Origin: an uncultured virus (IMG/VR IMGVR_UViG_3300036766_002285)
Taxonomy: Duplodnaviria > Heunggongvirae > Uroviricota > Caudoviricetes
Direction: 5' to 3' (one strand)
DNA length: 30,978 bases
Virus record (IMG/VR): IMGVR_UViG_3300036766_002285
The notes beneath the pieces were generated by a model. That model ran no database searches. It saw only the letters and a list, made by a program, of their open reading frames with translations, and was not told the origin of the DNA. How positions within the stretch are numbered: the first letter of the stretch is position 1; each line of letters begins with the position of its first letter. The position numbers and the translations under genes were made by a program. This document shows positions 1 to 11,800 of this stretch, piece by piece.

Positions 1-1054
1 TATTAATTCTATTTTCAATAAGAGTTTGTAGTCTCGCACTGTTATGCTTAATAATATCTAATGCTTTTTTAACACCAGGTCTAGCATCACTCTTAAGATC
101 GTCTTCTAAGATCTCAAGATACCCCATAATTGCAGATAGAGGTTGGCGTAGTTCGTGACTAATATTAGCAATTTCTTTATTCTTGATAGTGTTAGCGACT
201 TCAAGTTTTTGTGTTAAGGCCGCATTTACGTCCATTTGCTGTTTTTGCTTTATTGTGCCAAGCTGCACCATACTAGCCAAAACTATTGTACGTAAAAACG
301 TGCGTTCAATTTCGCTCCACTCACGTGGTTTATCCAACATGGCGGCCCAAATCAGAAAATCTACTTTGGTTCCCTCTCCTTTAACCGTAGCTAGAAAACT
401 GCGATGATTAGCACATATGACCGGAACGAGTTCTATTTTGGTTAGGTCTCCTTTAGGATTAGTAGTATCCGTTACAGATAAAACACCACCATGTTCATTG
501 TAAACATAAGTAGCCATAGAAAATAATAATGCATCATCCATTTTTAGTTGTATGTCATCAATACGACCGCTAGGCTTTCTCTGCCATTGTTGGCTGCTTT
601 GTGGTGTGTCTGCTTGTGCAAAACTATACAGTACTACAGAATCAACCCCCAGAGCTTTACCAAGACCAGATAGTAAAGTTTCGGTAAGTAAACCGTCATC
701 GGAAGTCGAGCGTATTTTTAGTAGTAATGGTTTGCGTTGTTCATCTAAACGTGCTTGATGGTCACGTTCACTATCAATATAATCTATTAGTTCACTATGG
801 TCTTTACCATCGTTATCAATATTTTCTAAATTAGCAGGTCTGCTTAGAAAATATTTTTTTCGCAAAAATACCACCAGGGTATCTCCTAAAAAAACAAGAG
901 CAAACACAACCAGAAGTGTAGCTTTCATAAATACAGATCGCCCGGCTACGAAACTTACAACGACTGCTCCTAATAATATAAGCCAATTCCGCTGACGGCT
1001 ATTAAATACATTAATCAGTCTCTTTGTCACAACAGGTCTGTCTGCTTGTTTCAT
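1..1054 (-). CDS. GAF-domain sensor histidine kinase-like protein, C-terminus beyond window edge (at least 351 aa)
   Basis: Manual translation (absent from the ORF track because no stop lies in the window). ATG at 1054-1052 with an in-frame TAA shortly upstream. The protein begins MKQADRPVVTKR. Two hydrophobic segments follow (WLILLGAVVVSFVAG; VFMKATLLVVFALVFLGDTLVVFL, then RKK). A GAF-like region runs from LGKALGVDSVVLYSF to KPREWSEIERTFL. After a coiled coil comes the H-box ANISHELRQPLSAIMGYLEIL (His codon 155-157), then ALDIIKHNSARLQTLIENRIN to the edge. Confidence 0.88.
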   Translation of the reverse strand, partial: MKQADRPVVTKRLINVFNSRQRNWLILLGAVVVSFVAGRSVFMKATLLVVFALVFLGDTLVVFLRKKYFLSRPANLENIDNDGKDHSELIDYIDSERDHQARLDEQRKPLLLKIRSTSDDGLLTETLLSGLGKALGVDSVVLYSFAQADTPQSSQQWQRKPSGRIDDIQLKMDDALLFSMATYVYNEHGGVLSVTDTTNPKGDLTKIELVPVICANHRSFLATVKGEGTKVDFLIWAAMLDKPREWSEIERTFLRTIVLASMVQLGTIKQKQQMDVNAALTQKLEVANTIKNKEIANISHELRQPLSAIMGYLEILEDDLKSDARPGVKKALDIIKHNSARLQTLIENRIN

Positions 1055-1111
1055 ATATCTAATAGTGCATATATTTTAGCCTTTGGCATACATTAACAGC
1101 TGGTCTGGGAG

Positions 1112-1117
1112 ATTATA
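1112..1117 (-). promoter_or_regulatory. Possible sigma70-type -10 hexamer upstream of the GAF kinase gene
   Basis: Perfect TATAAT on the minus strand, about 57 nt upstream of the ATG at 1054, in a 175-bp intergenic region. There is no convincing -35 at 17-bp spacing, and the AT-rich background makes a chance match plausible. Confidence 0.3.
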
Positions 1118-1229
1118 GCGTCTAAATGCCTCATTAACACCCACTTTCTTATACTTTTCAAAAAGTGCGGAGACTTAGCTGCTATAAGTATCAATAAACC
1201 AGTTTTAGCGAACACCTGTTTTGGTGACT

Positions 1230-2888
1230 CTATTTTGTTTTAATGATCCCATGTGAGATCGGCAGCCGCATAGTAACCAAGGTACCAGATGTTTCAAGTG
1301 ATTCAATCGACCAGGTTCCACCATGTGCACGCATTAAATAGTCTGCAATCATAAGACCAAGTCCAGATCCTTGAATAGCTCCAGCAATAGCATTACTCGA
1401 CCTGAAAAATCTAGTTCCGATGTGAGGCATGTCGGTTTTAACAATACCAATTCCAAAGTCTTGTATAGTTATAACAGCTTCTGACTTACCATTTTTATTT
1501 ATTTCTGATCTGGCCCCAATTTTTATTTCCCCATCAGGTAAACTGAATTTTACTGCATTTGACACAAAATTATTAAGTATTCGTAACATTTCCTCTGAAT
1601 CGCTCATTACCATTATAGGATCAATTCCAATGTCCGTAATAATTTTTATATCATGAAGCTGTGCGTCACTCTCTAGTTGTTCTATAGATTCTTTAATCAT
1701 TTTTCTTATATCGTGATTTTTCAGTGTAATATGCACATCATTATTGTCCATTCTAAGTACTGTAAGTACGTTATCGATAAGACCAGCCAACCGCGTATTG
1801 TTGCGCATAATCACTCTTGCCCAACCTTCGCGTTTTTCTTTCGTTACATTTTCTGTATTACTTGCTAACATTTCAGCAAATCCAGTAATAGAAGTAAGAG
1901 GGGTTCTAAGTTCGTGATTTACGGTGTTAATAAAGTTTGATTTTATGAAACGTATTCTTTTAATATGTTCCTCTGCATTTTCTTGTTGTTGAGCCAGATC
2001 ATTTATGGCGTGACCTATTACTCGAATTTCTGTAGGCCCGACACTAACTTCTGCTCTTTGTCCGGAATATCCTTGATATATCTTATTTGCAACATGACTC
2101 ATATTAACTAAAGGATTAGCAACGTCCGCGCCTTGATTAACTATCGTAAAAATAATAATAATAAAAGTAACAAAAATTATTAATAGCGATACAATTATTG
2201 TTTGCTGGCGAACTTTAGCAGCCGATTTTACAGATTTAGCGTTTGCTTCATCTAGTGACTGTATTACTTTTCCCATGTTCTCTCTTAGGCTACTAACCAC
2301 TTGAACTGCTATAAGTTGTGGATTAGCCTCAGGCGGACTGTCTGCCTTTACTGGAGTTGTTTGTTCTGTATAAAGTTCTAACAAAGTAGTTATAAGGATA
2401 TTAGATTCCTGTACTAATTGTATTAGGCCCGGATCGTCCACTTTATCTGCTTGCTGTTGCAGTGAAATAAGACTGCTATTTATCTTAACACTAGCCGCTT
2501 TTAGTTCTGTGATGTAACCAGTATCATTAGTTAGAAGAAAAGAGCTGGCTGCAGTTGAACTGGATATAGTTGCTAACATCATCGCATCGTTTGCTGCTCG
2601 CACGTCACTATATACTGCTGTTAGCTTATCTGCTTGTCCAGAGGTTACTGCAATTCCCACGCTTCCAGCTCCAGCTACGGCTAAAATCAAAAGGGCAGAC
2701 CCAAGCAGTACTCGTCGTACTCTTCGTCCTACAGTGTCACGGGTATTAAACTCAGAAGCTCCCTGAGGAGATAATGGTGAAAAACTTTCTTCAATGGGTA
2801 CATGACTAGCTACTGTTGGAGTTAGCATAATATTGTCTGAGCTTGCGACAGTTTTACCTAAAGAGGGTTGTTTGGCCATAGTATTCAT
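1230..2888 (-). CDS. Membrane sensor histidine kinase (TM-CHASE3-like helical sensor-TM-HAMP-HisKA-HATPase_c), 552 aa
   Basis: TM1 VLLGSALLILAVAGAGSVGIAV. Extracytoplasmic helical region with SFLLTNDTGYI, resembling CHASE3 GYLLTGD..YL. TM2 IIVSLLIIFVTFIIIIFTIV. HAMP NPLVNM...GPTEIRVIGHAINDLA. H-box NHELRTPLTSITGF, N-box ILNNFVSNAVKFS, G1 QDFGIGI, F-box RFFR, G2 GSGLGL. The start could alternatively be M4 or M21. Confidence 0.95.
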   Translation of the reverse strand: MNTMAKQPSLGKTVASSDNIMLTPTVASHVPIEESFSPLSPQGASEFNTRDTVGRRVRRVLLGSALLILAVAGAGSVGIAVTSGQADKLTAVYSDVRAANDAMMLATISSSTAASSFLLTNDTGYITELKAASVKINSSLISLQQQADKVDDPGLIQLVQESNILITTLLELYTEQTTPVKADSPPEANPQLIAVQVVSSLRENMGKVIQSLDEANAKSVKSAAKVRQQTIIVSLLIIFVTFIIIIFTIVNQGADVANPLVNMSHVANKIYQGYSGQRAEVSVGPTEIRVIGHAINDLAQQQENAEEHIKRIRFIKSNFINTVNHELRTPLTSITGFAEMLASNTENVTKEKREGWARVIMRNNTRLAGLIDNVLTVLRMDNNDVHITLKNHDIRKMIKESIEQLESDAQLHDIKIITDIGIDPIMVMSDSEEMLRILNNFVSNAVKFSLPDGEIKIGARSEINKNGKSEAVITIQDFGIGIVKTDMPHIGTRFFRSSNAIAGAIQGSGLGLMIADYLMRAHGGTWSIESLETSGTLVTMRLPISHGIIKTK

Positions 2889-2895
2889 CTACAAC

Positions 2896-5800
2896 CTATT
2901 GTTTAGCGTTATGCTGTTTTTGCACTCGAATTGTAGTTAACATACGATTTATAGGTATGTACAAGCCCATAAGCAGCATGAGAAGTATAAGTATTTGTAG
3001 CAATAAGGCATTATGGTTAACAGGCAGGTTATGGGCCGCTATTTCAGCTATAACTGTAGCACTCCCCAAGGTTGTTTTGGTATCCATATATACAGTTCCT
3101 CCACCACGCACCGCATAGAACTGGCAAGTACCTACACCTGTTCCATGGATAACTCCGGTTTCTTCGACAGTACAAATACTTGGGTCACTTACTCCAATAA
3201 AACGAGCACCGTCTTCACTTGATCCGCCTAGAGTCTTTGCCACAAGTACAGAGCCGGTTACTGTTCTAAAGTTTGAGAACTTCAGATCCATAGCGGCTTG
3301 TTCTTTTCTGATACCAAATAATGTAAGGTGACGAGTAAATATCACAACACTCCCGTCTTTTTCAGTAAAGAAGCCGTCTTGTTGTATCCTTGGTAGTTCT
3401 TTGGTTAACAGAGCAGGTATACTATTCCAGCTAATTTCATCAGTAGACCACGCAAGTATTCCACCTGCTGGCAATGCTGGCAAACTGATACTAATAGGCT
3501 CTATAAGCTTTGTTATAGCTACGCCAGTTGCGTCGTGAGCTTTTATGCTTACAGTCAAGAAACCCTGATCGAGAGCAACTTGTTCAGTGCGCTCACTCAT
3601 AGTCATATTCCAAACAGTACCCGCACTGCTGGCCGTGTCGGCGATATTAACTTCAACTACGATTCTCACATCAGTATTGGTGCTTGCTGGTGCTGCTAAT
3701 TCCATTACAGTTGCGTTATCAACGTGGGTAATTGTCACAACACTTTCTGGCGCAATCGTGGTCGTAGTTGTAGGAGGAACAGTAGTTGTAGTTGTTTGAG
3801 GAACAGTTGTTGTTGTACCGCTACCAGGTCCAGGAACTGTAGTAGTTGTGGTCTCAGGTATTGTGGTTGTAGGCTCTGGTACCACTGTTGTAGTTGTAGA
3901 TGGCTGTGCATTAGGTACTTCTATGGTTGTTGTGGTTTCAGGTACAACCGTAGTTGTCGTAGTTGGCTCTTCAGGTGCAACTGTTGTAGTAGTTTCAGGT
4001 GCAACTGTTGTTGTAGTAGTTTCACCCACAACTGTTGTTGTAGTAGTAGTTTCAGGCGCAACTGTAGTTGTCGTTGTAGTAGTAGGTGCAACCGTGGTTG
4101 TAGTTGTGGTTGTAGTAGGGGGTACAACGGGTGTTCCAGAAACTGTAGCAGATGTCACAGGGCTGCCAAAGCCGTTACTTGTGACACGGATTGCAACAGA
4201 GTAGCTAGTGTCATTTGTAAGACCACTAATAACAAAACCTCCAGCAGCCACAAGGCCAGTATCTACCCAGTTGCCACCGTCTAGTTGATATTCAATAAGG
4301 CTAATTGTTGAACCATTTGTTTGCACATTATATATAGTAGCATTTAATACGCCATCTCCAGCCGTAACGCTTACAGATGCAGTTGCTGCATTGGTATCTG
4401 TTGTGAACGATGAAATAGATCCAGTTGTTGTACCACTAACATTAGATGCTACAATTCGGAAATAATATGTAGTACCAGCGCTAAGTCCGGTAAGGGCATA
4501 AGACACAGCGGCTCCAGATTCTCCAGTCACCGGTGACTCACTAGCAGTTACTGTAGTGAATGTGCTTAAATTAGAGGTAGTACCATATCTAAATGATACT
4601 GTAGTTGATGCGCCGTGAGCATTTACAGTGCCAGTAAGTGTTGCAGTAGTAACACCTACATTTGTTGCAGCAGTACCACTAATAGAAGGGGGTTCAACAG
4701 GTATTACAGCAGAGGATACTGCTGACGCTGTACTAGTACCAGCAGCATTAGTTGCACTCACTCTAAAGGTATAGGAAGTACCATTGGTTAGACCAGTCAC
4801 CGTAGCGGATATTGATGCTGAAGTACCGTCAGCAAATGTGTGCCAAGACCCGTCATTGTATTCCACCAAATAATCAGTGATTACAGATCCGCCATTGAAA
4901 GATGGTGCACTCCAGCTTAGAGACACCGAAGTGTCCCCAGGTGTCCCAACAACGCTGGTTGGTGCATCTGGAATTGTAAATGGTGTTACAGAAGCCGAAA
5001 CACTAGAGTAGTTGCCCGCCCCAGCAGCATTAGTTGCACTCACTCGGAAAGTGTAAGCAGTACCGTTCGTAAGTCCAGTAACTGTAGCAGAAGTTGAAGT
5101 AGCAACCCCATCAGTGAAAGTTATATAGTTTGTACCATCTGTAGATGATTGTATTACATAGTCAGTGATTGCGGATCCACCAGTAGATGCCGAAGCTGAC
5201 CATGTTAGAGAAACTTGGGCATCACCAGGAGTGCCAACAACACTAGTTGGCGCACTTGGTGCCGCTATCGGAGTCACTGATGCGGATACGACAGACGCTA
5301 CACTAGTTCCAGCTACGTTTATAGCACTCACTCTAAAGGTATATGAAGTACCGTTAGTTAAGCCGGTAACAGTTGCACTTGTTGATGTTGAAGTACCATC
5401 AGCAAATGTGTGCCAAGTTCCATCATTGTATTCTACTAGGTAATCAGTAATGACAGCACCACCATTGCTTGCTGGAGCACTCCATGTTAGGGATACTAAA
5501 GAGGCTCCCGAAGTTCCAACTACATTTGTTGGTGCAGAAGCAACTGTAGCGGGCGTTACTGCATCAGATACCAATGAAACTATACCAGTACCCACAGCAT
5601 TAGTTGCACTCACACGGAAGGTATATGAAGTACCATTGGTTAGGCCAGTCACCATAGCCGATGTTGAAGTTGAAGTACCATCAACAAATACTATCCAGTC
5701 GGTTCCGTTCAAAGATGACTCTACCAAGTAGTCAGTAATGGCAGCACCACCATTACTTGCTGGCGCTGACCATGTTAGTGACACTAAGGTATTGCCTGAA

Positions 5801-8800
5801 GTGCCAACAACACTAGTTGGAGCGCCCGGCACAGTTTTTGGTATTACTGCAGCAGACGCAGTTGAGACCGCACCAGTACCTGCAGCATTTATTGCACTCA
5901 CTCTAAAGGTATATGATGTACCATTGGTTAGACCAGTCACCGTAGCTGAAGCTGAGGTAGATACGCCGTCTGTAAATGTTGCCCATGAAATACCATCATT
6001 AAATTCAACTAAGTAATCAGTAATGACAGCTCCACCATTTGATCCCGGTGCTGTCCATGTTAGAGATACTAATCCAGCTCCCGACGTTCCAGTAACAGAA
6101 GTTGGTGCGGAAGCAACTGTTCTTGGAATTACTGCAGCAGATACACTTGATGTAACACCAGTACCCGCAACGTTTGTCGCACTCACTCTAAAGGTATATG
6201 AAGTACCGTTAGTAAGTCCGGTCACTGTAGCTGCAGCTGTTGTTGAAGTACCATCAGCAAACACTATCCAATCCGTTCCATTCAAAGATGACTCTACAAC
6301 ATAATCAGTAATTGCTGACCCACCATTGTTAGCTGGAGCACTCCATGTTAGAGATACTTGTGTGTTATCTGGAGTTCCAACAACTGTTGTTGGTGCATTA
6401 GGTACTGTACGTGGTGTTACAGCAGACGATCCTGTTGATGAAGTCCCAGTACCTGCAATGTTTGTCGCACTCACTCTAAATGTGTAAGCAGTACCATTGG
6501 TTAGACCAGTTACTGTAGTTGAAGCTGAAGTTGAAACACCATCTGTAAATGTTGCCCACGATATACCGTCATTAAATTCTATCTGGTAATCAGTAATAGC
6601 AGACCCGCCATTACTTGCTGGAGCTGACCATGTTAGAGATGCTTGAGTATTGCCTGGAGTTCCAGACACAGCTGTTGGTGCATTTGGTGTTCCTACGGGC
6701 GTTACTGCATTAGATACACTTGAAGCACCACCAGTTCCTATAGCATTGGTTGCACCCACTCTAAAGGTATATGAAGTACCGTTTGTTAGACCAGTTACAG
6801 TTGCACTAGCAGTTGTTGAGGTACCATCAGCAAATGTTGCCCACGATATACCGTCATTAAATTCTATCTGGTAATCAGTAATAGCAGACCCGCCATTACT
6901 TGCTGGAGCTGACCATGTTAGAGACGCTTGAGTATTGCCTGGAGTTCCAGCAACAGAAGTTGGTGCACCAGGCACAGCAGCCGGTATAACTGCAGTAGAC
7001 ACTGCTGACACAGTTCCAGTACCTGCAATGTTTGTTGCACTCACACGGAAGGTATATGACGTACCATTCGTTAGACCAGTAACTGTAGCTGAAGTTGAGG
7101 TAGACACGCCGTCTGTAAATGTTGCCCATGAAATACCATCATTAAATTCAACTAGGTAATCAGTGATAGCAGATCCACCGTTAGATCCTGGAGCTGACCA
7201 TGTTAGAGAAACTTGTGAAGCACCTGGAGTACCTACAACGTTTGTTGGAGCACTTGGTGTAGTACGTGGAATTACAGCTGCTGACGCGCTTGATGTTGCT
7301 CCAGTACCAGCAGCATTAGTTGCGCTCACTCTAAAGGTATATGAAGTACCGTTTGTTAGACCAGTTACTGTTGCTGATGTTGATGTTGAAACTCCATCAC
7401 TAAATGTTGCAAAGCCTCCGCCGTCATTAAATTCAACTAGGTAATCAGTAATTGCAGACCCACCATTTGATCCAGGTGCTGACCATGTTAGAGAAACTTG
7501 TGTATTACCAGGAGTTCCTACCACGCTTGTTGGTGCACCCGGTGCTGTAGCAGGTGTTACAGCACTTGAAGCATTAGAATAGTTTCCAGCACCAGCAGCA
7601 TTTACTGCACTTACTCTAAAGGTATATGAAGTACCGTTAGTCAAACCAGTCACTGTAGCTGAAGTTGATGCTGAAGTACCGTCAGCAAAAGTAGTCCAGT
7701 TTGTTGCATCTGGAGAAGATTGTATTACATAATCAGTTATTGCAGACCCACCGTTATTAGCCGGAGCTGACCAGCTTAGAGACACTTGGGTGTTTCCTGG
7801 AGTACCAGTAACATTAGTTGGTACGCTAGGTACTGTTCGTGGGATAACTGCTGCTGATACCGCCGACACTGTACCAGTACCAGCAACGTTTATTGCGCTC
7901 ACTCTAAATGTATATGAAGTGCCGTTTGTTAGACCAGTCACTGAAGCCGATGCAGCCGATGAAACCCCATCAGTAAACGTAGCCCAGCTATTTCCGTCGT
8001 TAAATTCAACCAAATAATCAGTAATTGCAGATCCACCGTTGCTTGCTGGAGCACTCCATGTCAGAGATACTAAAGCAGCACCAGGAGTTCCTACCACGTT
8101 TGTTGGCGCACTTGGAGTATTTCTTGGGATTATGCTAGTAGACACGCTTGATGCAACACCAGTACCGGCAGCATTTATAGCACTCACACGGAACGTGTAA
8201 GCGGTACCGTTAGTTAGACCTGTTACTGTGGTCGACGCTGTAGCTGATACGCCATCTGTGAATGTTGCCCATGATATACCATCGTTGAATTCTACCAAAT
8301 AGTCAGTAATTGTGGCTCCGCCGTTACTTGCTGGAGCGCTCCACGTTAGAGATACTTGAGTGTTACCAGGAGTTCCAACAACAGATGTTGGTGCACCAGG
8401 TACAGCTGTAGGAATTACAGCTGCTGAGACAGCGGACACAACACCAGTACCGGCAGCATTAGTTGCACTCACACGGAATGTATATGAAGTACCATTTGTT
8501 AAGCCAGTCACTGTAGCACTTGTGGACGCTGATACACCATCTGTAAATGTTGCAAATCCTCCACCATCGTTGAACTCAACTAAGTAGTCAGTTATTGCAG
8601 ATCCACCAGTTGAAGCGGGTGCACTCCATGTTAGAGAAACTTGTGTGTCACCAGGAGTTCCAACAACAGATGTTGGTGCGCCCGGTACAGTTCTTGGTGT
8701 TACTGCAGCTGATACAACAGATGTTGCACCAGTCCCAGCAGCATTGCTTGCACTTACCCTAAATGTGTAAGCAGTACCATTCGTAAGGCCAGTTACCGTA

Positions 8801-11800
8801 GCTGATGCTGTTGTTGAAGTTCCATCAGCAAATACAATCCAGTTAGTATCATCTAGTGAAGACTCAATTATATAGTCAGTAATTGCAGAACCACCAGTTG
8901 AAGCTGGAGCAGACCATGTTAGAGAAACTTGGGTGTTACCTGGAGTACCAGCAACAGAAGTTGGTGCGCCAGGCACTGTACGTGGAATTACTGCAGCTGA
9001 TATTACAGACACTGTTCCAGTTCCAGCTGAGTTTATAGCACTCACTCTAAATGTGTATGAAGTGCCATTAGTTAAGCCGGTCACTGTAGCTGATGCTACT
9101 GCTGAAACACCATCAGTGAACGTTGCCCACGACACGCCATCATTATATTCAACTAAATAATCAGTGATAGCAGCTCCACCATTGTTTGCTGGAGCACTCC
9201 ATGTTAGAGATACTTGTGAAGCCCCAGGTGTACCAGAAACCGCTGTTGGAGCATCTGGAGTCGTAGCAGGAGTTACTGCACTAGATGCACTAGAATAGTT
9301 TCCAGCTCCAACAGCATTAGTTGCACTTACACGGAAAGTGTAAGCAGTGCCATTAACTAAACCAGTAACTGTAGCAGACGTTGCAGTAGATACTCCATCA
9401 GTAAAGGTTGTATAGTTTGTACCATCCGTAGATGACTGTATGGTGTAATCAGTTATTGCAGATCCACCGTTGCTTGCTGGAGCAGACCATGTTAGAGAAA
9501 CTTGGGTGTTACCAGAAGTTCCAACAACAGATGTTGGTGCACTTGGAGAAGTACGTGGTATCACACCAGCAGATACTGACGATGCTACACCGGTACCCGC
9601 TACGTTGGTAGCACTTACACGGAATGTATATGAAGTACCATTCGTAAGTCCAGTAACTGTAGCAGATGTTGAAGTAGATACACCGTCACTAAATGTTGCA
9701 AAACCTCCACCGTCATTAAATTCAACTAGGTAGTCAGTAATTGCAGATCCACCATTTGAAGCAGGTGCTGACCATGTTAGAGATACTTGTGAAGGGCCTG
9801 GAGTACCAGCAACAGATGTTGGAGCTCCTGGTACTGTACGTGGTGTTACTGCAGCTGACACAGTTGATAGTGCACCCGTTCCAGCAGCATTAGTTGCACT
9901 CACTCTAAATGTGTAAGCAGTACCGTTCGTAAGTCCAGTAATTGTTGTTGAAGCAGATGTTGAAGTACCATCAGCAAATGTTGCAAAACCTCCACCATCG
10001 TTAAATTCAACTAAGTAATCAGTAATAGCTGAACCACCAGTTGAGCCAGGCGCTGACCATGTTAGAGAAACTTGGGTGTCGCCAGGAGTTCCAGCAACAG
10101 ATGTTGGAGCACCTGGTACTGTACGTGGAATTACTGCAGCTGATACGCTTGACAATGCTCCAGTACCAGCAGCATTAATTGCACTCACACGGAATGTATA
10201 TGAAGTACCGTTTGTAAGTCCAGTAACTGTTGTTGATGCTGAAGTTGAAGTACCATCAGCAAATGTTGCAAAACCTCCACCGTCATTAAATTCAACTAGG
10301 TAGTCAGTTATAGCAGATCCACCAGTTGAAGCAGGCGCTGACCATGTTAGAGAAACCGAAGTGTTACCAGGAGTTCCAGCAACTGACGTTGGAGCACCCG
10401 GAACTGTACGTGGTGTTACTGCTGAAGATACAACAGATGTTGCACCAGTTCCAGCAGCATTACTTGTACTCACTCTAAAGGTGTATGCAGTACCATTAGT
10501 TAAACCAGTAACTGTAGCTGACGCTGAAGTTGAAGTACCATCAGCAAACACAATCCAGTTAGTGTCATCCAAAGAAGTCTCAATTACATAGTCAGTAATA
10601 GCAGACCCCCCATTACTTGCAGGAGCTGACCATGTTAATGACACTTGAGTGTTACCTGAAGTACCAGCAACAGATGTTGGAGCACCCGGTACTGTACGTG
10701 GGATAACTGCAGCGGATACAGCAGATACTGTACCAGTTCCAGCTGAGTTTATTGCGCTCACTCTAAAGGTATAAACTGTACCATTTGTTAAACCTGTGAC
10801 AGTTGCACTAGCTGAAGTTGAAGTACCATCAGCAAACACGATCCAGTTGGTGTCATCTAATGAAGATTCTACTACATAGTCAGTTATTGCAGATCCACCA
10901 GTATCTGCAGGCGCACTCCATGTTAGAGAAACTTGGGTGTTACCTGGAGTACCAACAACCGAAGTTGGAGCATCTGCAACAGCAGCAGGAGTTACTGAGC
11001 TAGAGACAGCAGACGCCACTCCAGTACCTGCAGCATTAGTTGCACTTACACGGAAAGTGTAAGGAGTACCGTTTGTTAGACCAGTAACTGTAGTTGATGT
11101 TGAAGTAGCTACTCCATCTGTGAAAGTTGCCCACGACACACCATTATTAAATTCTACTAAATAATCAGTTATAGCAGATCCACCAGTTGACGCTGGCGCT
11201 GACCATGTTAGAGCTACTGTAGTGTTTCCAGGAGTTCCAGCTACTGACGTTGGTGCGCCCGGTACTGTACGTGGGATAACTGCACTAGATGTACTCGACG
11301 GTGTTCCTGTACCAGCTACGTTGGTAGCACTTACACGGAAAGTGTAAGATGTACCGTTAGTTAGTCCAGTTACAGTAGCAGATGTTGAAGTAGATACTCC
11401 GTCAGTGAATGTCGCAAAACCTCCACCATCATTAAATTCTACCAAGTAGTCAGTGATTGCAGACCCACCTGTTGAAGATGGTGCACTCCATGTTAGAGAG
11501 ACCGATGCGTTTCCTAAAGTTCCAGACACGCTAGTTGGTGCTCCCGGTACTGTTCTTGGAGTTACGGCTGATGATGCAGTAGATACTGCTCCAGTACCAG
11601 CAGCATTGCTTGCACTTACTCTAAATGTGTAGGCAGTACCATTTGTTAGACCAGTAACTGTTGCACTAGCTGAAGGCGAAGTACCATCGCTAAATGTTGT
11701 CCAGTTAGTACCATTGATAGAATGTTCAATTACATAGTCAGTAATTGCTGATCCGCCATTTGATGCCGGAGCTGACCAGGTTAGAGAAACTTGTGAAGCA

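Noticed and set aside
395..425. VICANH in the GAF domain as a bilin-binding Cys (phytochrome/cyanobacteriochrome)
   Set aside because: There is no adjacent CH motif or DIP/DxxL-type motif, and no PAS/PHY context.
1195..1229. Intrinsic terminator after kinase 1
   Set aside because: Only a 4-bp stem (CACC-N6-GGTG) is present, with no proper U-tract.
183..1868. Short + strand ORFs at 183-407, 552-758, 1429-1656 and 1677-1868
   Set aside because: They lie antisense to the two kinase genes, which have clear conserved motifs.
3010..3030. LPVNH before the TM helix as a sortase signal
   Set aside because: It does not match LPxTG or common variants, so a plain TM anchor is more parsimonious. A non-canonical sorting signal cannot be fully excluded.
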